DNA of 64,000 nucleotides from Planctomycetaceae bacterium (GTDB lineage Bacteria; Planctomycetota; Planctomycetia; Pirellulales; UBA1268): NCBI GenBank assembly GCA_947449135.1, contig CANFQO010000005.1, positions 24,894 to 88,893 of the forward strand, read 5' to 3'. Shown piece by piece: positions 63,329 to 64,000 of this stretch (position 1 is its first letter; each line of letters starts with the position of its first letter). The notes under the pieces were generated by a model. It saw only the letters and a program-made list of their open reading frames with translations, ran no database searches and was not told where the DNA came from. The position numbers and the translations under genes were made by a program.

Positions 63329-64000
63329 CCAACCGCTCGCGAACCTTCGCCCGCACCAACTCGATCAACGCCCGCACGTCGTCGCTCAGACACTTGGACG
63401 ATGCCACCATGTAGTTGGCGTGGGCCGCGTAGACCGCCGCCTCGCCAACCCGCAGGTCACGGCCACCGGCCTGCACGACGAGCGACTCCGCCGAACTGCC
63501 ATGGGGATCCTTGAACATCATGGCTACAGACCGTGTTCCGGAAGGCTGTTCCGACCGGGCCACGATCCACTGCTTCTGCATACGCTTGGTGAGCCGCTCC
63601 GGATCTTCCTCGTCGAGTTCGAACCGGCAACTGATGATGATGCAGTCGTCCAGATTGCTCCACCGCGACTCAAAAGCGAGTTGCGAGCCAGTACGGGTCT
63701 CCACCGTGCCGTCGGGCAGCATCACGCTCACCTCGCGGACGCACTCGCCGATATCGCCACCGTGGCCACCGGCATTGCCCACAAGCGCGCCGCCGACCGT
63801 GCCCGGAATCCCGACGAGTGTCTCCAGCCCCGAGAGCCCTGCCTGCACGGCTGCCGAGACAGCGTGCACAAGCTTCGCACCCGCACCCACGCGAAGCATT
63901 GGCCGCTCCACGTCGATTCGGGAGAAGGAAGGGGCCGAGAGCCGCACCACGAGGCCGGGAAAGCCTGCCGAGGGTACGAGAATGTTGGAACCGCCGCCGA
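63294..64000 (-). CDS. murB: UDP-N-acetylenolpyruvoylglucosamine reductase MurB (5' end beyond the window)
   Basis: The reading frame stays open to the window edge, where it reads GGGSNILVPSAGFPG. Further motifs are GIPGTVGGALVGNAGGHG and a C-terminal SAGSMFKNP-like segment, SVAMMFKDP. The internal start in the track is not the real one. Confidence 0.9.
   Translation of the reverse strand, partial: GGGSNILVPSAGFPGLVVRLSAPSFSRIDVERPMLRVGAGAKLVHAVSAAVQAGLSGLETLVGIPGTVGGALVGNAGGHGGDIGECVREVSVMLPDGTVETRTGSQLAFESRWSNLDDCIIISCRFELDEEDPERLTKRMQKQWIVARSEQPSGTRSVAMMFKDPHGSSAESLVVQAGGRDLRVGEAAVYAAHANYMVASSKCLSDDVRALIELVRAKVRERLGVELTPQIEVW

Noticed and set aside
1-64000. Search for tRNA, rRNA, tmRNA and riboswitch-like elements in the intergenic gaps.
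   Set aside because: I could not recognise a cloverleaf-compatible sequence or a conserved T-loop (GGTTCGAATCC-like) outside coding regions. Hits such as ttcgaatc at ~6961 and gattcgaac at ~28455 are inside well-supported CDSs. A covariance-model scan (tRNAscan-SE, Infernal/Rfam) would be needed to be certain.

Overview
This is a high-GC (roughly mid-60s %), gene-dense chromosomal segment with about 45 protein-coding genes. I found no rRNA, tRNA, CRISPR array, transposase or integrase. The gene content points to Planctomycetota: PSCyt/DUF1549/DUF1553 plus DUF1501 pairs, a WD40-fused Ser/Thr kinase next to an ECF sigma factor, TAT-signal Gfo/Idh/MocA enzymes, a HEAT-repeat protein and a YdjY-like protein. 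This assignment is inferred from gene content only.

Housekeeping blocks:
- dnaG-rpoD-(COG1579 zinc ribbon)-greA
- selO, yggS, glsA, cinA, thiL-tsaE
- murB followed by an FtsQ-like gene

Most interesting loci:
1. 41.7-47.2 kb: a tightly coupled four-gene operon. It encodes two small WXG100-like helical proteins (both W-x-D rather than W-x-G), a 213-aa helical protein and a 1447-aa membrane FtsK/SpoIIIE ATPase with three P-loop modules, only one of them intact. This is a minimal type VII-like secretion module in a non-Firmicute, non-Actinobacterial context, with no recognisable accessory T7SS genes nearby.
2. 27.2-35.7 kb: a divergent locus holding a secreted patatin-like lipase, a secreted unknown protein and a ~1670-aa polytopic membrane protein ending in a second patatin domain.
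3. 35.9-37.6 kb: a glutaminase with a metazoan GLS-like N-terminal extension and a C-terminal TerB-like domain.
4. A phased 14-nt pyrimidine-rich tandem repeat in the greA leader.

The ORF track uses alternative start codons and contains many long antisense shadow ORFs, which are typical of high-GC DNA. I rejected these. All functional calls rest on motif recognition by eye. No database search was run.
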